23,890 nucleotides of DNA from an uncultured bacterium (GTDB taxonomy: Bacteria; Abyssobacteria; SURF-5). The position numbers and the translations under genes are program-made. How positions within the stretch are numbered: position 1 is the stretch's first letter; every line of letters starts with the position of its first letter. The notes under the pieces were generated by a model. That model saw only the letters and a program-made list of their open reading frames with translations, was not told the origin of the DNA and did not search any database. The stretch covers positions 1 through 23,890 of the forward strand of contig CAZEBC010000043.1 in the NCBI GenBank assembly GCA_964510165.1, read 5' to 3'. Shown here piece after piece: positions 23,688 to 23,890 of this stretch.

Positions 23688-23890
23688 GCATGTTCGTTGT
23701 GGTTTCCTACGACATACCCGATGACCGCAGACGGACTCGGTTGTCCGACACGCTGCTTGACTTCGGCCAGAGAATACAGTACAGCGTGTTTGAGTGCATC
23801 CTCGATGACGCGAAGATGCAGGAAATGAGGGACAGAATTCGCAAAGTGGTGAAGGCGGACGAGGACGGCGTGCGAGTCTATCGGCTGTGC
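23684..23890 (+). CDS. cas2: Cas2, truncated by the window end
   Basis: ATGA overlap with the cas1 stop. Translation [38 protein letters not shown]...VRVYRLC. Confidence 0.95.
   Translation, partial: [69 protein letters not shown]

Noticed and set aside
17009..23890. CRISPR array or leader near the cas genes
   Set aside because: No regularly spaced 28-40-nt direct repeats are seen anywhere in the window, which ends inside cas2. An array may lie beyond it.

Overview
GC-rich bacterial window with about 23 genes. The left part holds a secreted beta-propeller gene (truncated at the left edge) paired with an S55/SpoIVB-like protease, an orphan ABC ATPase, and a four-gene minor type IV pilin operon (PilX/DUF4900-like, small membrane protein, PilV-like, PilW-like) behind a probable sigma54 promoter. 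The middle holds a small hypothetical gene, a four-helix-bundle gene enclosed by mutually complementary G/A-rich tandem repeats, an M24-fold enzyme with an altered active site, a hypothetical plus GDT1/TMEM165 pair bracketed by two 43-nt GGGGACA hairpins, a TMTC-like TPR glycosyltransferase, an RraA/HMG aldolase, a CBS protein and a GT-C membrane protein. The right part is a type III-A CRISPR-Cas operon, cas6-cas10-csm2-csm3-csm4-cas1-cas2 (cas2 truncated), with intact Cas10 HD and GGDD motifs. It has no csm5 and no Csm6/CARF effector at the usual position, and no CRISPR array is visible in the window. All calls come from reading motifs by eye; no database searches were run.
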